From Bacteroidota bacterium (GTDB lineage: Bacteria; Bacteroidota; Bacteroidia; 2-12-FULL-35-15): a stretch of 64,000 nt of DNA. The notes beneath the pieces are model-generated. The model ran no database searches. It saw nothing but the letters and a program-made list of their open reading frames with translations, and was not told the origin of the DNA. This document shows positions 11,992 to 22,073 of the stretch, piece by piece; position 1 is the first letter of the stretch, and each line of letters starts with the position of its first letter. Where the stretch lies: the NCBI GenBank assembly GCA_023251835.1, contig JAHEXZ010000017.1, positions 2,270 through 66,269 of the forward strand, in the 5' to 3' direction. The position numbers and the translations under genes were made by a program.

Positions 11992-13545
11992 ATGAAAAAA
12001 ACTTACCCTCTTTTTCTCGGAATTATAATAGCCTCTTTTGTTCAGCCTCTTAAAGCACAGCTTGAATACAAAGATGTTGCTCCTATATTTTATAGCCGCT
12101 GCACCTCTTGTCATCATGATGGCCAGCAGGCATTCTCCTTTATGACCTATAGTCAGGTATTGCCAATGACCGGAGCAATACAAAATGCTTTACAAACAGA
12201 AATAATGCCTCCCTGGTCACCGGATACAACATATACAAGATTTGCACATGAACGCATTATCACTCAGGCTGAAAAAGATGCTATTCTGAATTGGATTGAT
12301 AGTGGTGCAGTCAAAGGAGATACTACTCTTGCCCCCGCTCCACCTGTTTATTCACAATACCAACTTTATGGCACACCTACTTTAACACTTCAAATACCAA
12401 CATATACAAGCACCGCTACCTCCAATGACATATATGTTTGTTTTTCCCTACCCAGCGGTTTAACTGAAGACCGTGTTTTACGTGCATTTGAAATTGTACC
12501 CGGTAATCCTGAAATTGTTCATCACGTAGTTGTAACAGCAGATACTACTGGTAATACTACTAATGACCTTTCCGGAGCGTGCTTTAACCCTCCCGGTGAC
12601 TTTGGAATTGGAGGATATGCGCCAGGAGCCCCACCTACTGTATACCCGGGTCAGGCACCGCTAAAAACAGGAATAACAATTAAAGCAAGCTCTAAAATTG
12701 TTCTTCAGATGCATTACCCTGCAGGAAGCGCAGGGCAGGTGGATAGCACCAAAATACGAATGTATTTTTATCCTCCTAATGAACCGGGTATAAGGCCTAT
12801 CTATAATACCACTCCATTACAAAACTGGGGGCTTTTAATCCTTGCAAATACTGTAGCCACCTTTTCTGATGAATATCCCAATTCAGGAACACTTTCTACT
12901 CCAATCTCAATATTTTCGACTTTCCCACATTCACACCAGATTTGTAAGAGCATTGTTAATTATGCCTATTCAGGCACTGACACAATTCCTCTTATAAGAA
13001 TTAATCAATGGAACTTTAACTGGCAGGGATTTTATACTTTTTCTAACCTGGTAAAAATTCCAAGTGGATATAAATTATTTTCTGAACACGTGTATGATAA
13101 TACAAGCAATAACCCGTTCAATCCCAATAATCCGCCTGCTACTGTAATTGCAGGAACAAGCACAAGTGATGAAATGCTTTTTGACGGATATATGTGGCTT
13201 TACTATCAGCCGGGAGATGAAACAATTGATATAGCTGCGCTGCTCGCCAACGATACATTATTAAACCCGGCAATTGTTGGTATTCCGGAAAACTCATCAT
13301 CACCTGCTCTTCAGGCATTTATTTATCCAAACCCCATACATGACAAAGTAAATATATACTTGTCAAAAAGTTCGCTATATAAAGCAACCATTTCAACAAT
13401 TTCCGGGCAACACATGCTGCAAACCGAGCGATTTACAGATAACATTACAATTGACCTGAAAAATATCCCTGGAGGAGTATATTTTATTGAAATAAAAGAT
13501 ATTGCAAATAATCGTACGATTGTCAAAAAGATCGTAAGAGAGTAA
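11992..13545 (+). CDS. secreted CxxCH + copper type II (PHM/DBH-like) monooxygenase-fold protein with T9SS type A C-terminal domain
   Basis: Signal MKKTYPLFLGIIIASFVQPLKAQ. CTSCH...IMPPW is cytochrome-like. The ligand pattern is HH, then H after 63 aa, then HxH after 72 aa, then the M of TSDEM after 80 aa. The C-terminus YPNPIHDKVNIYL...GVYFIEIKD...IVKKIVRE is a type A CTD. Confidence 0.7.
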   Translation: MKKTYPLFLGIIIASFVQPLKAQLEYKDVAPIFYSRCTSCHHDGQQAFSFMTYSQVLPMTGAIQNALQTEIMPPWSPDTTYTRFAHERIITQAEKDAILNWIDSGAVKGDTTLAPAPPVYSQYQLYGTPTLTLQIPTYTSTATSNDIYVCFSLPSGLTEDRVLRAFEIVPGNPEIVHHVVVTADTTGNTTNDLSGACFNPPGDFGIGGYAPGAPPTVYPGQAPLKTGITIKASSKIVLQMHYPAGSAGQVDSTKIRMYFYPPNEPGIRPIYNTTPLQNWGLLILANTVATFSDEYPNSGTLSTPISIFSTFPHSHQICKSIVNYAYSGTDTIPLIRINQWNFNWQGFYTFSNLVKIPSGYKLFSEHVYDNTSNNPFNPNNPPATVIAGTSTSDEMLFDGYMWLYYQPGDETIDIAALLANDTLLNPAIVGIPENSSSPALQAFIYPNPIHDKVNIYLSKSSLYKATISTISGQHMLQTERFTDNITIDLKNIPGGVYFIEIKDIANNRTIVKKIVRE

Positions 13546-13557
13546 GCTCGCTTCTTC

Positions 13558-14511
13558 TTAAAACACCTTACTTGCTACCCTTCTTGTAGTTTCTGAAGTA
13601 CCCATAGTATAATAATGTAAACAAGGTGCTTTCTGCTGAATTAGCTCTTTTGATTGATTAATACACCACTCAATACCTGCTTCTTTTACTTCAGCATCGG
13701 TTTTACATTTCTCTATCTCCTCTAATAAAGCCTGTGGAATATCTATATTAAATACCTTAGGCAATAAAGTAGCTTGCTTTTTAGTTGTTAAAATTTTAAG
13801 CCCGGGAATAATAGAAACATGAATGTCCATCTCCCGGCATTTTTTAACAAATTCAAAATATTTGGCATTATCAAAAAACATCTGAGTTACAATATATTCA
13901 GCCCCCGCGTCAATTTTGGCTTTCAAAAATTTTATATCCGAAACCATATTAGGAGCTTCTGAATGTTTCTCCGGATATCCAGCCACACCAATACAAAAAT
14001 TTGTTGGAGAAACATCCGCCAAATCATCCTCAATATATCTCCCTCTGTTCATTTGTTCCATTTGTTTTATCAAATCAACTGCATGAGCATGCCCATTAGG
14101 TTCCGGAATAAATTCCGACTCACTTTTAATAGAATCCCCACGCAATGCAAGTACATTATCAATACCTAAAAAATGCAGGTCAATCAGTGCATTTTCAGTT
14201 TCTTCCCTGCTGAAACCACCACAAATAATATGTGGAACCGCATCTACATGATATTTATTAATTATTGCAGCACATATACCCACTGTACCGGGGCGCTTAC
14301 GTATACTCACCTTTTCAAGATACCCGCCATCACGTTTTTTATATAAATATTCTTCACGGTGGTAAGTTACATCTACAAATGAAGGCTTAAACTCCATCAA
14401 CGGATCTATACCATCAAAAATCGATTGTATGCTTTTACCCTTTAACGGAGGCAATATTTCAATAGAAAACAATGTTGATTTTGCTTGCTTGATACAATCA
14501 ATAACTTTCAT
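13558..14511 (-). CDS. metF: methylenetetrahydrofolate reductase
   Basis: FSIEILPPLKG, FVDVTYH, VPHIICGG, NVLALRGD and AGYPEKH are all typical MetF blocks. Confidence 0.93.
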   Translation of the reverse strand: MKVIDCIKQAKSTLFSIEILPPLKGKSIQSIFDGIDPLMEFKPSFVDVTYHREEYLYKKRDGGYLEKVSIRKRPGTVGICAAIINKYHVDAVPHIICGGFSREETENALIDLHFLGIDNVLALRGDSIKSESEFIPEPNGHAHAVDLIKQMEQMNRGRYIEDDLADVSPTNFCIGVAGYPEKHSEAPNMVSDIKFLKAKIDAGAEYIVTQMFFDNAKYFEFVKKCREMDIHVSIIPGLKILTTKKQATLLPKVFNIDIPQALLEEIEKCKTDAEVKEAGIEWCINQSKELIQQKAPCLHYYTMGTSETTRRVASKVF

Positions 14512-14623
14512 AAAATTTAGAATTTACGGTTAAAATATGTTAAACGGCACAAAGTAACACCACTAATGGCTAAAAAACAAATTAATATTGCCAGAGCTGC
14601 TCTTAATACTCTGCTAAATTGAT

Positions 14624-14631
14624 TAACTTTG
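14624..14631 (+). promoter_or_regulatory. candidate -7 box (TAACTTTG)
   Basis: Exact TAnnTTTG 20 nt before the ATG at 14652. It lies inside the longer TTG-started ORF, which argues for the 14652 start. Confidence 0.35.
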
Positions 14632-14651
14632 TAAGAACCCAAGAAAAAATC

Positions 14652-16217
14652 ATGCACATTTTTTTTAAAATAATCCTACTATTTTTCCCTTTTATACTAT
14701 TTGGACAACCAAATCAGCAAATAAACCCTAATGGATATAATATTTTTTATTTCGATAATGGCAAAATTTCAAGTGAAGGACCTATGAAAGACGGAAAACC
14801 TGATGGATACTGGAAAACTTATTCTCTGAATGGAAATATTAAATCGGAAGGCAACAGAAAAAATTTTCAATTAGATAGCATCTGGAAGTTTTATAATGAA
14901 CAGAGCCAACTCGCTTTCGAATTTAATTATAAAGAAGGAAAGAAAAATGGATCAAAGAAAGCTTTTGATACAAAAGAAAAATCTTTATCAATAACAGAAA
15001 ATTTTGAAAATGATATAAAACATGGTAATACACTCATTTATTACAAACCTTCTGAAGCACAGGGAAAAGCAGGAAAGCTAAAACAAATTATCCCTTTTGT
15101 TAATGGTAAAGAAGAAGGAGTAGGATTGGAATTTGCCCCTGATAGCATCATCATTACTATAACTGAATATAAAATGGGCTATATACAAAAAGAAGAAAAA
15201 ATTAACCGCAAAGATGCCAAAAATCTTAAACAAGGTATTTGGAAAGAGTTTTATCCCACCAGTGCTTTAAAACAAGAAGTAACATATACTGACGATAAAA
15301 TGAATGGCTATTTGAAGGAATATTCTCCTTCAGGAAGCCTTTTAAACACTACTAAGTATATAAATGGAGTAGCACAAACAAATGTTCCTGAACTGGCAAA
15401 ATTAGATATAAAAACTGAATACTATGATAATGGGCTGGTTCATTTTACAAGGTCATATAAAGATGACGTTGCCGAGGGCATACATCGTGAATTTTCTCCT
15501 GAAGGAAAAGTAATCAGTGCCAAAATATATATTGAAGGTGTATTAACTGCCGAAGGTATCCTTGATACGGCTGGTCGTCAACAAGGCATGTGGAAAGAAT
15601 TTTACCCCGATGGTCAGATAAAATCACAAGGTGAATATTTAAACAGTAAACGTGTTGGAGAATGGGTATTTTACCATCCCAATGGAAAAGTAGAACAAAA
15701 AGGTACATACGACAAAAAAGGAAAAGCACAAGGACTCTGGAAATGGTTTTATGAAAGTGGAAATATATTGCTCGAAGAAAACTATAGAAACGGACAAGTA
15801 GATGGCATGATGGCAGAATACAGTGATACAGGAAAAGTTATTACCAAAGGAGAATATGTTGACGGATTAAAAGAAGGCCCATGGATGCTCGAATTACAGG
15901 GTTATAGAGAAGAGGGTGTTTACAAAGTCGACAATCGTGATGGAGAATGGAAACATTTTTATACCGATAATGGTAAACTCCGTTTTGTTGGTAAATTCAT
16001 TGACGGTGTTCCTGATGGAATCCATACTTTTTATTATTCTAACGGAAATGAAAAACAAGTTGGTAAATATATTGCCGGCTCAAAAGAAGGAGATTGGAAA
16101 TTTTATGACGAAACAGGCTATCTCTTTTTAACAATCGTATTCAAAAATGACATTGAAATACGATTTGATGGAATAAAAGTTGTGCCCGAAACAGTACCCG
16201 ATGTTGGTATAAAATAA
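14652..16217 (+). CDS. MORN-repeat-variant (YwqK-like) protein, secreted
   Basis: Signal MHIFFKIILLFFPFILFGQ. About 15 repeats of the form G-x-W-K-x-(F/Y)Y-x-x-G-x-(I/L)-x-x-E-G-x-Y-x-x-G-K. Confidence 0.8.
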   Translation: MHIFFKIILLFFPFILFGQPNQQINPNGYNIFYFDNGKISSEGPMKDGKPDGYWKTYSLNGNIKSEGNRKNFQLDSIWKFYNEQSQLAFEFNYKEGKKNGSKKAFDTKEKSLSITENFENDIKHGNTLIYYKPSEAQGKAGKLKQIIPFVNGKEEGVGLEFAPDSIIITITEYKMGYIQKEEKINRKDAKNLKQGIWKEFYPTSALKQEVTYTDDKMNGYLKEYSPSGSLLNTTKYINGVAQTNVPELAKLDIKTEYYDNGLVHFTRSYKDDVAEGIHREFSPEGKVISAKIYIEGVLTAEGILDTAGRQQGMWKEFYPDGQIKSQGEYLNSKRVGEWVFYHPNGKVEQKGTYDKKGKAQGLWKWFYESGNILLEENYRNGQVDGMMAEYSDTGKVITKGEYVDGLKEGPWMLELQGYREEGVYKVDNRDGEWKHFYTDNGKLRFVGKFIDGVPDGIHTFYYSNGNEKQVGKYIAGSKEGDWKFYDETGYLFLTIVFKNDIEIRFDGIKVVPETVPDVGIK

Positions 16218-16238
16218 AAAGCAAATAGCCCGCTTTTT
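16216..16238. terminator. weak A/U-rich hairpin between convergent genes
   Basis: aaaaagc-aaatagccc-gcttttt is a 7-bp stem, mostly A:T, flanked by T-runs on both strands. Confidence 0.25.
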
Positions 16239-19200
16239 TTATTTACCCCTAACAAGCGAGAAGGTGCCTTTCTCGAAATATTTTTTACCATCAATTCCCT
16301 CTGCACTTATAATATAATAGTAAGTACCATCAGCAGCCTGAACACCACTGGCTGTACGACCATCCCATCCCCCATTGGTAGTATGCCATTCATATTCTTT
16401 TTGACCCCAGCGATTAAATACTTCCGCATCCAGCATTTTTAAACCTATTGCATGAACACTAAATATATCATTTACATTATCGCCATTAGGTGTAAAAATA
16501 TTAGGAATCTGAAAAACAGAGTTTATATATACATTAATCATAGAACAAACACTATCTATACAGTTAGATGCACTCACTGCTGTTAAACAAACAGTAAATG
16601 TGCCCAAAGGAGTATATATATATGATGGGTTAACAGCCGTTGATGAATCACCTGTACCAAAGTACCATAAATAAGTAGCTGCATTTAAGCTTTGATTTGT
16701 AAAATTAACTGTTAAAGGTGTTTCACCTGTGACCGGATCTGCCATAAAACCAGCTACTACAGCAGGCGTTGCATTTACGGTAAATGGCCCTATTACTTTT
16801 GAACAGTTATTACCATCGGTTACTGTTAATGTATAGTTGCCCGGCCCAACATTACTCAAATCTATAGCACTTCCTACCGTTGAGTTTAAAGAATCCTTCC
16901 ACTGATAAATAAAAGGAGTTTGACCTGAAAGTACTGTTATACCAAAAACACCACCTGTATTTGTTCCGCAATTAGCAAGCGTAATAATAGCTAAACTGGT
17001 ATCAGATACTATCGGGCTTACTGTAATAGTAATAGTTGTATCATTTCCTGTACATCCACTGGCATCAGAACTTATTGTATAGGTTGCTGTACCTGCGCCA
17101 CTGCCAGTATTAGTTAAAGTATGTGATATACTATTACCTGAGCCGGGAGAAGCCCCACTCAAACCAGACTGAGCTACTGTCCAACTAAACGTTGTTCCCG
17201 GAATATTACTGCTTAAACCTACTGTTAAATTTGCAGTCCCTGATTCACAAAAAGAGGTTGCATTAGGCACTGCTATAACAACAGGAGCACCATTAATTGT
17301 TATGGTATAGTTGGCATATACATACTGACATACCCCACTTGCAGGAATTGTATTAGTTACCACGTATGTACCGGGAGTGCTGGCTGCCAAATCAATCTCG
17401 CCTGTGTTTACCTGTACAAACACCAAACCGCTTGGGGTAGCCGAATAAGTACCGGCACTGGCTCCTGGAGCATAAGTAGGAAATGGGTTACTACCATTCG
17501 ACTGGCAGAATGGAGAACCTATATAAGTAAAGTTTGCAGAAGATACCGTATCATTTATAGTCATTGTAATTGAGCTGGTGTTAGGACAATTACCAAACGT
17601 TGTATAAGATAAGGTATATACACCTATTGCACTCGTAGACAGGGTGATTGTGCCGGTAGAAGGGTCTAATGTCAAACCTGGGGGAACTGCTGAAAACGTA
17701 CCGCCTGGTAAACCTGTTATTGTTGGAGTTTGAGGATTACCTGTAGTGCAATAGGTTGCAGATGGATAAGTAAAAGATGCATCATCGGCTGGGTTAATAA
17801 CCACTGTTGTAGTTGCAAACACCTCATTGCATATACCACTGGCTGGTATTGTATTGGTTACTGTGTATGTACCTGAAGTGCTCGCTGATAAATCTAATTC
17901 ACCCGTATTAGGATTTACTATTACCAATCCCGGAGGGCTGGAAGTAAAATATCCTGCACTTGCCCCCACTCCAAAGGCAGGATACTGATTAATATCATTT
18001 TGACAAAAATAAGTGGATGAATAGCTGAAATTGGCAAAGGGAATACTATCAGCTATAGTCATTACTATAGAGCTGCTATTTGGACAAGCGCCATTAGTCG
18101 TATATGTCAACGTATAACTACCTATAGCACTATTAGCTAAGTTGATAGTACCTGTTGTTGGATTCAAAAACAAGCCGGGAGGAATAGATGAGAAAGTGCC
18201 ACCAGGCAATCCCGTTATTGCCGGTGTTTGCTCCGGGCCAGTAGTACAATAAGTTGCTGATGTGTACACAAAACTCGCATCATCAGAAGGCCCTATTGTT
18301 ATTGTATATGTATCACTTATTGGCTGGCAAACTCCACTAGCAGGAATTGTATTAGTCACTATATATGTCCCTGGAGTACTTAATGCTAAATCTATTTCGC
18401 CCGTATTCACCTGAGCAAATACTAAGCCTGTTGGATTAGCTGAAAAAATACCTGCGCTAGCATTGGGTCCAAAAAATGGAAAAGGGTTACTTCCATTCTG
18501 ACAAAATGGTGAACCCACATAACTGAAGCTCGCTGATGGAGTGATTGTATCTATTGTCATTGTTATGGTGCTGGTATCAGGACAAACACCATTTGTTGCG
18601 TATGATAATTGGTAAACTCCGTAAGAGCTGTTTGATAGGGTAATGGTTCCTGTAGTCAGATTCAATGCCAGTCCAGATGGCATAGCAAAGAAGGCTCCTC
18701 CTGACAAACCTGTCACCACGGGGGTTTGAGGACTACCTGTAGTACAGTAAGTTGCAGATGAATATACAAAAGATGCATCATCGGAAGCTATTATTACCAC
18801 TGTAGCTGTATCCATGATTCCACTGCAAGGACCACTTGGCGGAATATTGTTAGTAATCATATAAGTTCCGGGATTGCTATTTGCTAAATCAATTTCACCG
18901 GTATTAATATTTACAAAGGCTAATCCAACCGGAGTGACTGAAAATACACCAGCACTCGCTCCTAGTCCAAATACAGGAAAAGGATTAGATCCATTCTGGC
19001 AAAATGGTGAACCCTGATAAGTAAAATCAGCAAAAGGACTGCTGTTATCAATTGTCATAGTTATTGAACTCGAACTTGCACAAGTACCGGTGGTACTATA
19101 TGTTAAGGTATAAGAACCTACCTGACTTCCTGCCAAAGTGATTGTTCCTGTTGATGGGTTGATTACCAAACCTAAAGGGGTAGCAGAAAAGGTTCCACCT

Positions 19201-21368
19201 GGTAAACCAGTTATTATTGGGGTAGGATTAGTGCCTGCAGTACAATATGTTGCTGAGGAGTATACAAAAGAGGCATCATCTAAGGCATTTACTGTAATAT
19301 TTACTGTTACAGAATTCCCGGCACAACCATATATGGATGGTATAATTGTATAAACAGCAGTACCAGAACTACTACCCGAATTGGTCAATGTTTGTACTAT
19401 TACTGAATCTGTACCCGGGATACCACCACTTACTCCCGACTGAAAAACAGTCCATGAAAAACTGGTACCGGGAACTGTGCTGGTTAATGCTATAGAAGTA
19501 CTGTCACCAGAACAAAAGGTCTGAGAAGTTGGAGTTGCGGTAGCTACCGGAGTTGGATTTACGGTTACCGTTACTGTTATCGGATTACCTGTACAACCAT
19601 TTGCTGTTGAAGCAACTGAATACGCTACCGTTCCCGGAACCGGGCCGGCTGTTGTCAACAGATCTGCTATTGTTGAACCAGTACCTGATGTAGCTCCATT
19701 TACCCCTGATGTATTGGCTGTCCATGTAAATACTGTACCTGAAACTGAACTACTTAAGGCTATTGAAGTTGTATTGCCAGAACAAATAGTAGACACTGAA
19801 GGAGTTGCTGTTGCAGTTGAACCAGGGTCAGGATTTATTGTTACTGTGTCAGTTATCGGTGTTGCATTACAACCATTAGCACTTCCATTTATTGTGTATA
19901 CCGCTGTTCCACTGCTACCACTTGTAGCTACTAATGAATCAGATATTACAGAACCATTGCCATTGCTACCTCCTGTAACACCTGTTTCTACAACTGTCCA
20001 GCTAAAAGTAGTACCCGAAACATTACTGCTTAAATTTATCGGAAGTGCACTACCCGCACATATTGTCTGATTCATAGGACTGGCAGTCAATACAGGAATA
20101 GGATCTACATAAACTGTTGCAGTTATTGAATTACCCGCACATCCATTAGCTGTTGGAGTTATAGTGTATACTGCTGTCCCTTGGCTACTGCCTGTTGCAG
20201 TCAATGTTTCAGCTATTGTACTGCCTGAACCATTTGTTCCACCGCTAACACCTGTTTGTGATATTGTCCAGGAAAATGTAGTTCCAGGTACAAAACTCGA
20301 TAAAGCTATTGATGTGGTACCGCCCGAACAAAAAGTTTGAGAAGACGGAGTTGCTATAGCAAAAGGAACAAGATTTACAGTTACTGTTACCTGCACGCAA
20401 TTAGTATTATTACAAGCCCCTTCAGCCCTTACGAAATAGGTGGTAGTTGTAGTAGGAGTTACAGTTATGCTTGAACCTGTTCCTTCAGCAGTTCCTCCAC
20501 AGGAGCCTGAATACCATTTCCACGAAGCCCCGGTTCCTAAAGAACCACCAGATACAGTCAATGTTGTTGGGTTACCACAGGTAGTGCTCAAACTTGCTGA
20601 TGCAGAAGCGGGATCTGTAGAAGGTGTGTTTACAGTTACAGTTACAGATGCACAAGTAGTTGTTCCACAACCACCACCTTCTGCTCTAATAAAATAAGTG
20701 GTAGTAGAAGTTGGGCTAACAGTTACAGAAGCGCCTGTCCCTACCAGGGTTCCACCACAGGAACCGGAATACCATTTCCAGGAAGCACCCGTTCCTAATG
20801 AACCACCTACTTTGTTTAAGGTAACCGAACCTCCGCAAGATGGATTAGGTGTTGCTGTAGCACCTGTTGGAGCAATGGATACAGGAGTATAGGTAAGTGT
20901 GACAACAGCACGTTGAGGGCAAAAAGCGTCATTGGGGCAACATTGGAAGGTATTAGCTCCTCCATAGTTATAACTGGGTAAACCGGTAGGACAGGGAAAA
21001 TTATTACTGACCGGATATTGAGAGCATCCACCACACGAACAATTTCCGTCATTAGGAGCAGACCCAATAAGAACACCATTGAGATAAGTAGGCTCAGCCG
21101 AAGCATAACAACCAGCCCCATAATATGTAACTGAAACTCCTGTTACAATGTTTCCTGCGGGTACCGGATCTATAAATGTTCTGCTATCACATGCAGCCGT
21201 TGTTCCGCAGCCACCCGTATTATTTATACACCAATAATCCACCCCGCAAACATTACAACATCCTTGTGATTGTGCACCACTATAGGTAATAGTAACATTC
21301 ACGGTTGATTGTGAAAAGGCTGAAATGCCAACTACGCAGAATAAAATAATAAGTATTTTTTTTCTCAT
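16239..21368 (-). CDS. giant cell-surface repeat protein (1709 aa) with T9SS type B (gliding-motility CHU_C-type) C-terminal domain
   Basis: Layout, N- to C-terminus: signal MRKKILIILFCVVGISAFSQ, a 14-Cys head, 2 GASWKWYSGSCGG units, 4 A units, 4 B modules, 1 A unit, an SprB-like repeat, a PKD domain (NFTNQS..YLWYFGTGD), and the CTD FTPNGDNVNDIF...FNRWGQ...DGTYYYII. Confidence 0.9.
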   Translation of the reverse strand: MRKKILIILFCVVGISAFSQSTVNVTITYSGAQSQGCCNVCGVDYWCINNTGGCGTTAACDSRTFIDPVPAGNIVTGVSVTYYGAGCYASAEPTYLNGVLIGSAPNDGNCSCGGCSQYPVSNNFPCPTGLPSYNYGGANTFQCCPNDAFCPQRAVVTLTYTPVSIAPTGATATPNPSCGGSVTLNKVGGSLGTGASWKWYSGSCGGTLVGTGASVTVSPTSTTTYFIRAEGGGCGTTTCASVTVTVNTPSTDPASASASLSTTCGNPTTLTVSGGSLGTGASWKWYSGSCGGTAEGTGSSITVTPTTTTTYFVRAEGACNNTNCVQVTVTVNLVPFAIATPSSQTFCSGGTTSIALSSFVPGTTFSWTISQTGVSGGTNGSGSTIAETLTATGSSQGTAVYTITPTANGCAGNSITATVYVDPIPVLTASPMNQTICAGSALPINLSSNVSGTTFSWTVVETGVTGGSNGNGSVISDSLVATSGSSGTAVYTINGSANGCNATPITDTVTINPDPGSTATATPSVSTICSGNTTSIALSSSVSGTVFTWTANTSGVNGATSGTGSTIADLLTTAGPVPGTVAYSVASTANGCTGNPITVTVTVNPTPVATATPTSQTFCSGDSTSIALTSTVPGTSFSWTVFQSGVSGGIPGTDSVIVQTLTNSGSSSGTAVYTIIPSIYGCAGNSVTVNITVNALDDASFVYSSATYCTAGTNPTPIITGLPGGTFSATPLGLVINPSTGTITLAGSQVGSYTLTYSTTGTCASSSSITMTIDNSSPFADFTYQGSPFCQNGSNPFPVFGLGASAGVFSVTPVGLAFVNINTGEIDLANSNPGTYMITNNIPPSGPCSGIMDTATVVIIASDDASFVYSSATYCTTGSPQTPVVTGLSGGAFFAMPSGLALNLTTGTITLSNSSYGVYQLSYATNGVCPDTSTITMTIDTITPSASFSYVGSPFCQNGSNPFPFFGPNASAGIFSANPTGLVFAQVNTGEIDLALSTPGTYIVTNTIPASGVCQPISDTYTITIGPSDDASFVYTSATYCTTGPEQTPAITGLPGGTFSSIPPGLFLNPTTGTINLANSAIGSYTLTYTTNGACPNSSSIVMTIADSIPFANFSYSSTYFCQNDINQYPAFGVGASAGYFTSSPPGLVIVNPNTGELDLSASTSGTYTVTNTIPASGICNEVFATTTVVINPADDASFTYPSATYCTTGNPQTPTITGLPGGTFSAVPPGLTLDPSTGTITLSTSAIGVYTLSYTTFGNCPNTSSITMTINDTVSSANFTYIGSPFCQSNGSNPFPTYAPGASAGTYSATPSGLVFVQVNTGEIDLAASTPGTYVVTNTIPASGVCQYVYANYTITINGAPVVIAVPNATSFCESGTANLTVGLSSNIPGTTFSWTVAQSGLSGASPGSGNSISHTLTNTGSGAGTATYTISSDASGCTGNDTTITITVSPIVSDTSLAIITLANCGTNTGGVFGITVLSGQTPFIYQWKDSLNSTVGSAIDLSNVGPGNYTLTVTDGNNCSKVIGPFTVNATPAVVAGFMADPVTGETPLTVNFTNQSLNAATYLWYFGTGDSSTAVNPSYIYTPLGTFTVCLTAVSASNCIDSVCSMINVYINSVFQIPNIFTPNGDNVNDIFSVHAIGLKMLDAEVFNRWGQKEYEWHTTNGGWDGRTASGVQAADGTYYYIISAEGIDGKKYFEKGTFSLVRGK
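17292..19283 (-). repeat. in-frame array of four ~166-aa B modules
   Basis: Each module starts with DDASF(V/T)Y(S/T/P)SATYCT and contains GSPFCQNGSNPFP...NTGEIDL. Boundaries are +/- 10 nt. Confidence 0.8.
19290..20372 (-). repeat. in-frame array of four ~90-aa A units
   Basis: Units follow the pattern Q(T)(F/I)C(S/A)G..TSI.L(S/T)S.V.GT.F(S/T)WT....GV.G......I...L.....G.(A)VY(T)I.......GC.G...T.TV.V.P.P. Confidence 0.8.
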
Positions 21369-21387
21369 ATATTTTCAGTAGTTACTA

Positions 21388-21828
21388 TTATTGAGCTGAA
21401 ACGATTGTTAATTGAGATGTATGAAATCTCTTAAAGTTATTCTTATCCACAATAAAATCCTTCAGTTTTACTACAAGTTCTGTATTATTACTTTCACATC
21501 CTCCCCTTGCCTCCATTTTTGAAGGAATAATTAATGTTTTTTTATTCCCTTCCCCATCCTTGTTAATCCAGCGAAGTTCCTGTGTAAATACAGCATCAAA
21601 CCATTCTAATTTAACAGAATACTCATTATGATTATTAAATTTAATATACACAACATCTTCATTATTGCATTTAGCCAGTTTAAAACAGGCTTCTACACCA
21701 TCCATTGTATTTGCACCTGTAACAAGAAGATACACGGGCTCCCAATTATCCTTATTTTGAGAAAAAAATTTCGGAACGATAAAGAACAAAATGCCAATCA
21801 GAATAAGAAAATGTTTAGGTTTATTCAT
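21388..21828 (-). CDS. small secreted protein of unknown family, partner 1 (paralog of 36109..36555)
   Basis: Signal MNKPKHFLILIGILFFIVPKFFSQ. It ends 19 nt upstream of the 1709-aa gene. About one third of positions match the 36109..36555 product by hand alignment (NWEPV, V..KF.N.N.Y.V...W.DA..TQ, two conserved Cys, V.KLKD). Confidence 0.75.
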   Translation of the reverse strand: MNKPKHFLILIGILFFIVPKFFSQNKDNWEPVYLLVTGANTMDGVEACFKLAKCNNEDVVYIKFNNHNEYSVKLEWFDAVFTQELRWINKDGEGNKKTLIIPSKMEARGGCESNNTELVVKLKDFIVDKNNFKRFHTSQLTIVSAQ

Positions 21829-22073
21829 ATATAAGTAATTATTACTGATAGAAAAGAAAAATTTAAACTATTAGTAGATGCTGTCAAAAACAGGAAAGTT
21901 GCACCAAAGCAATTATCTTTTCAAGTTTTAATACAACTGCCAAATTAAATATTATTTTTATGAAAAGCAATTAAAATTTCATTAATTCTTCAGCAAATAT
22001 TGGCTTAATATCGCACTTCCATGACAGTGGAATAAATTTAGAAGATAAGTAGACAGTATAATTAGACAAAAAA

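Noticed and set aside
19714-20070. Plus-strand ORFs of 60-135 aa inside the giant genes. Examples are 19714..20070, 20440..20892, 28744..28980, 32125..32532, 33355..33684 and 37575..37859. They carry recurring peptides (PEQIV, GFTVTV).
   Set aside because: They are antisense to long, clearly coding minus-strand repeat arrays. The recurrence simply mirrors the repeats, and the lack of stops follows from the T/S/G/A/V-rich codon usage of the sense strand. They have no independent start context or signal.
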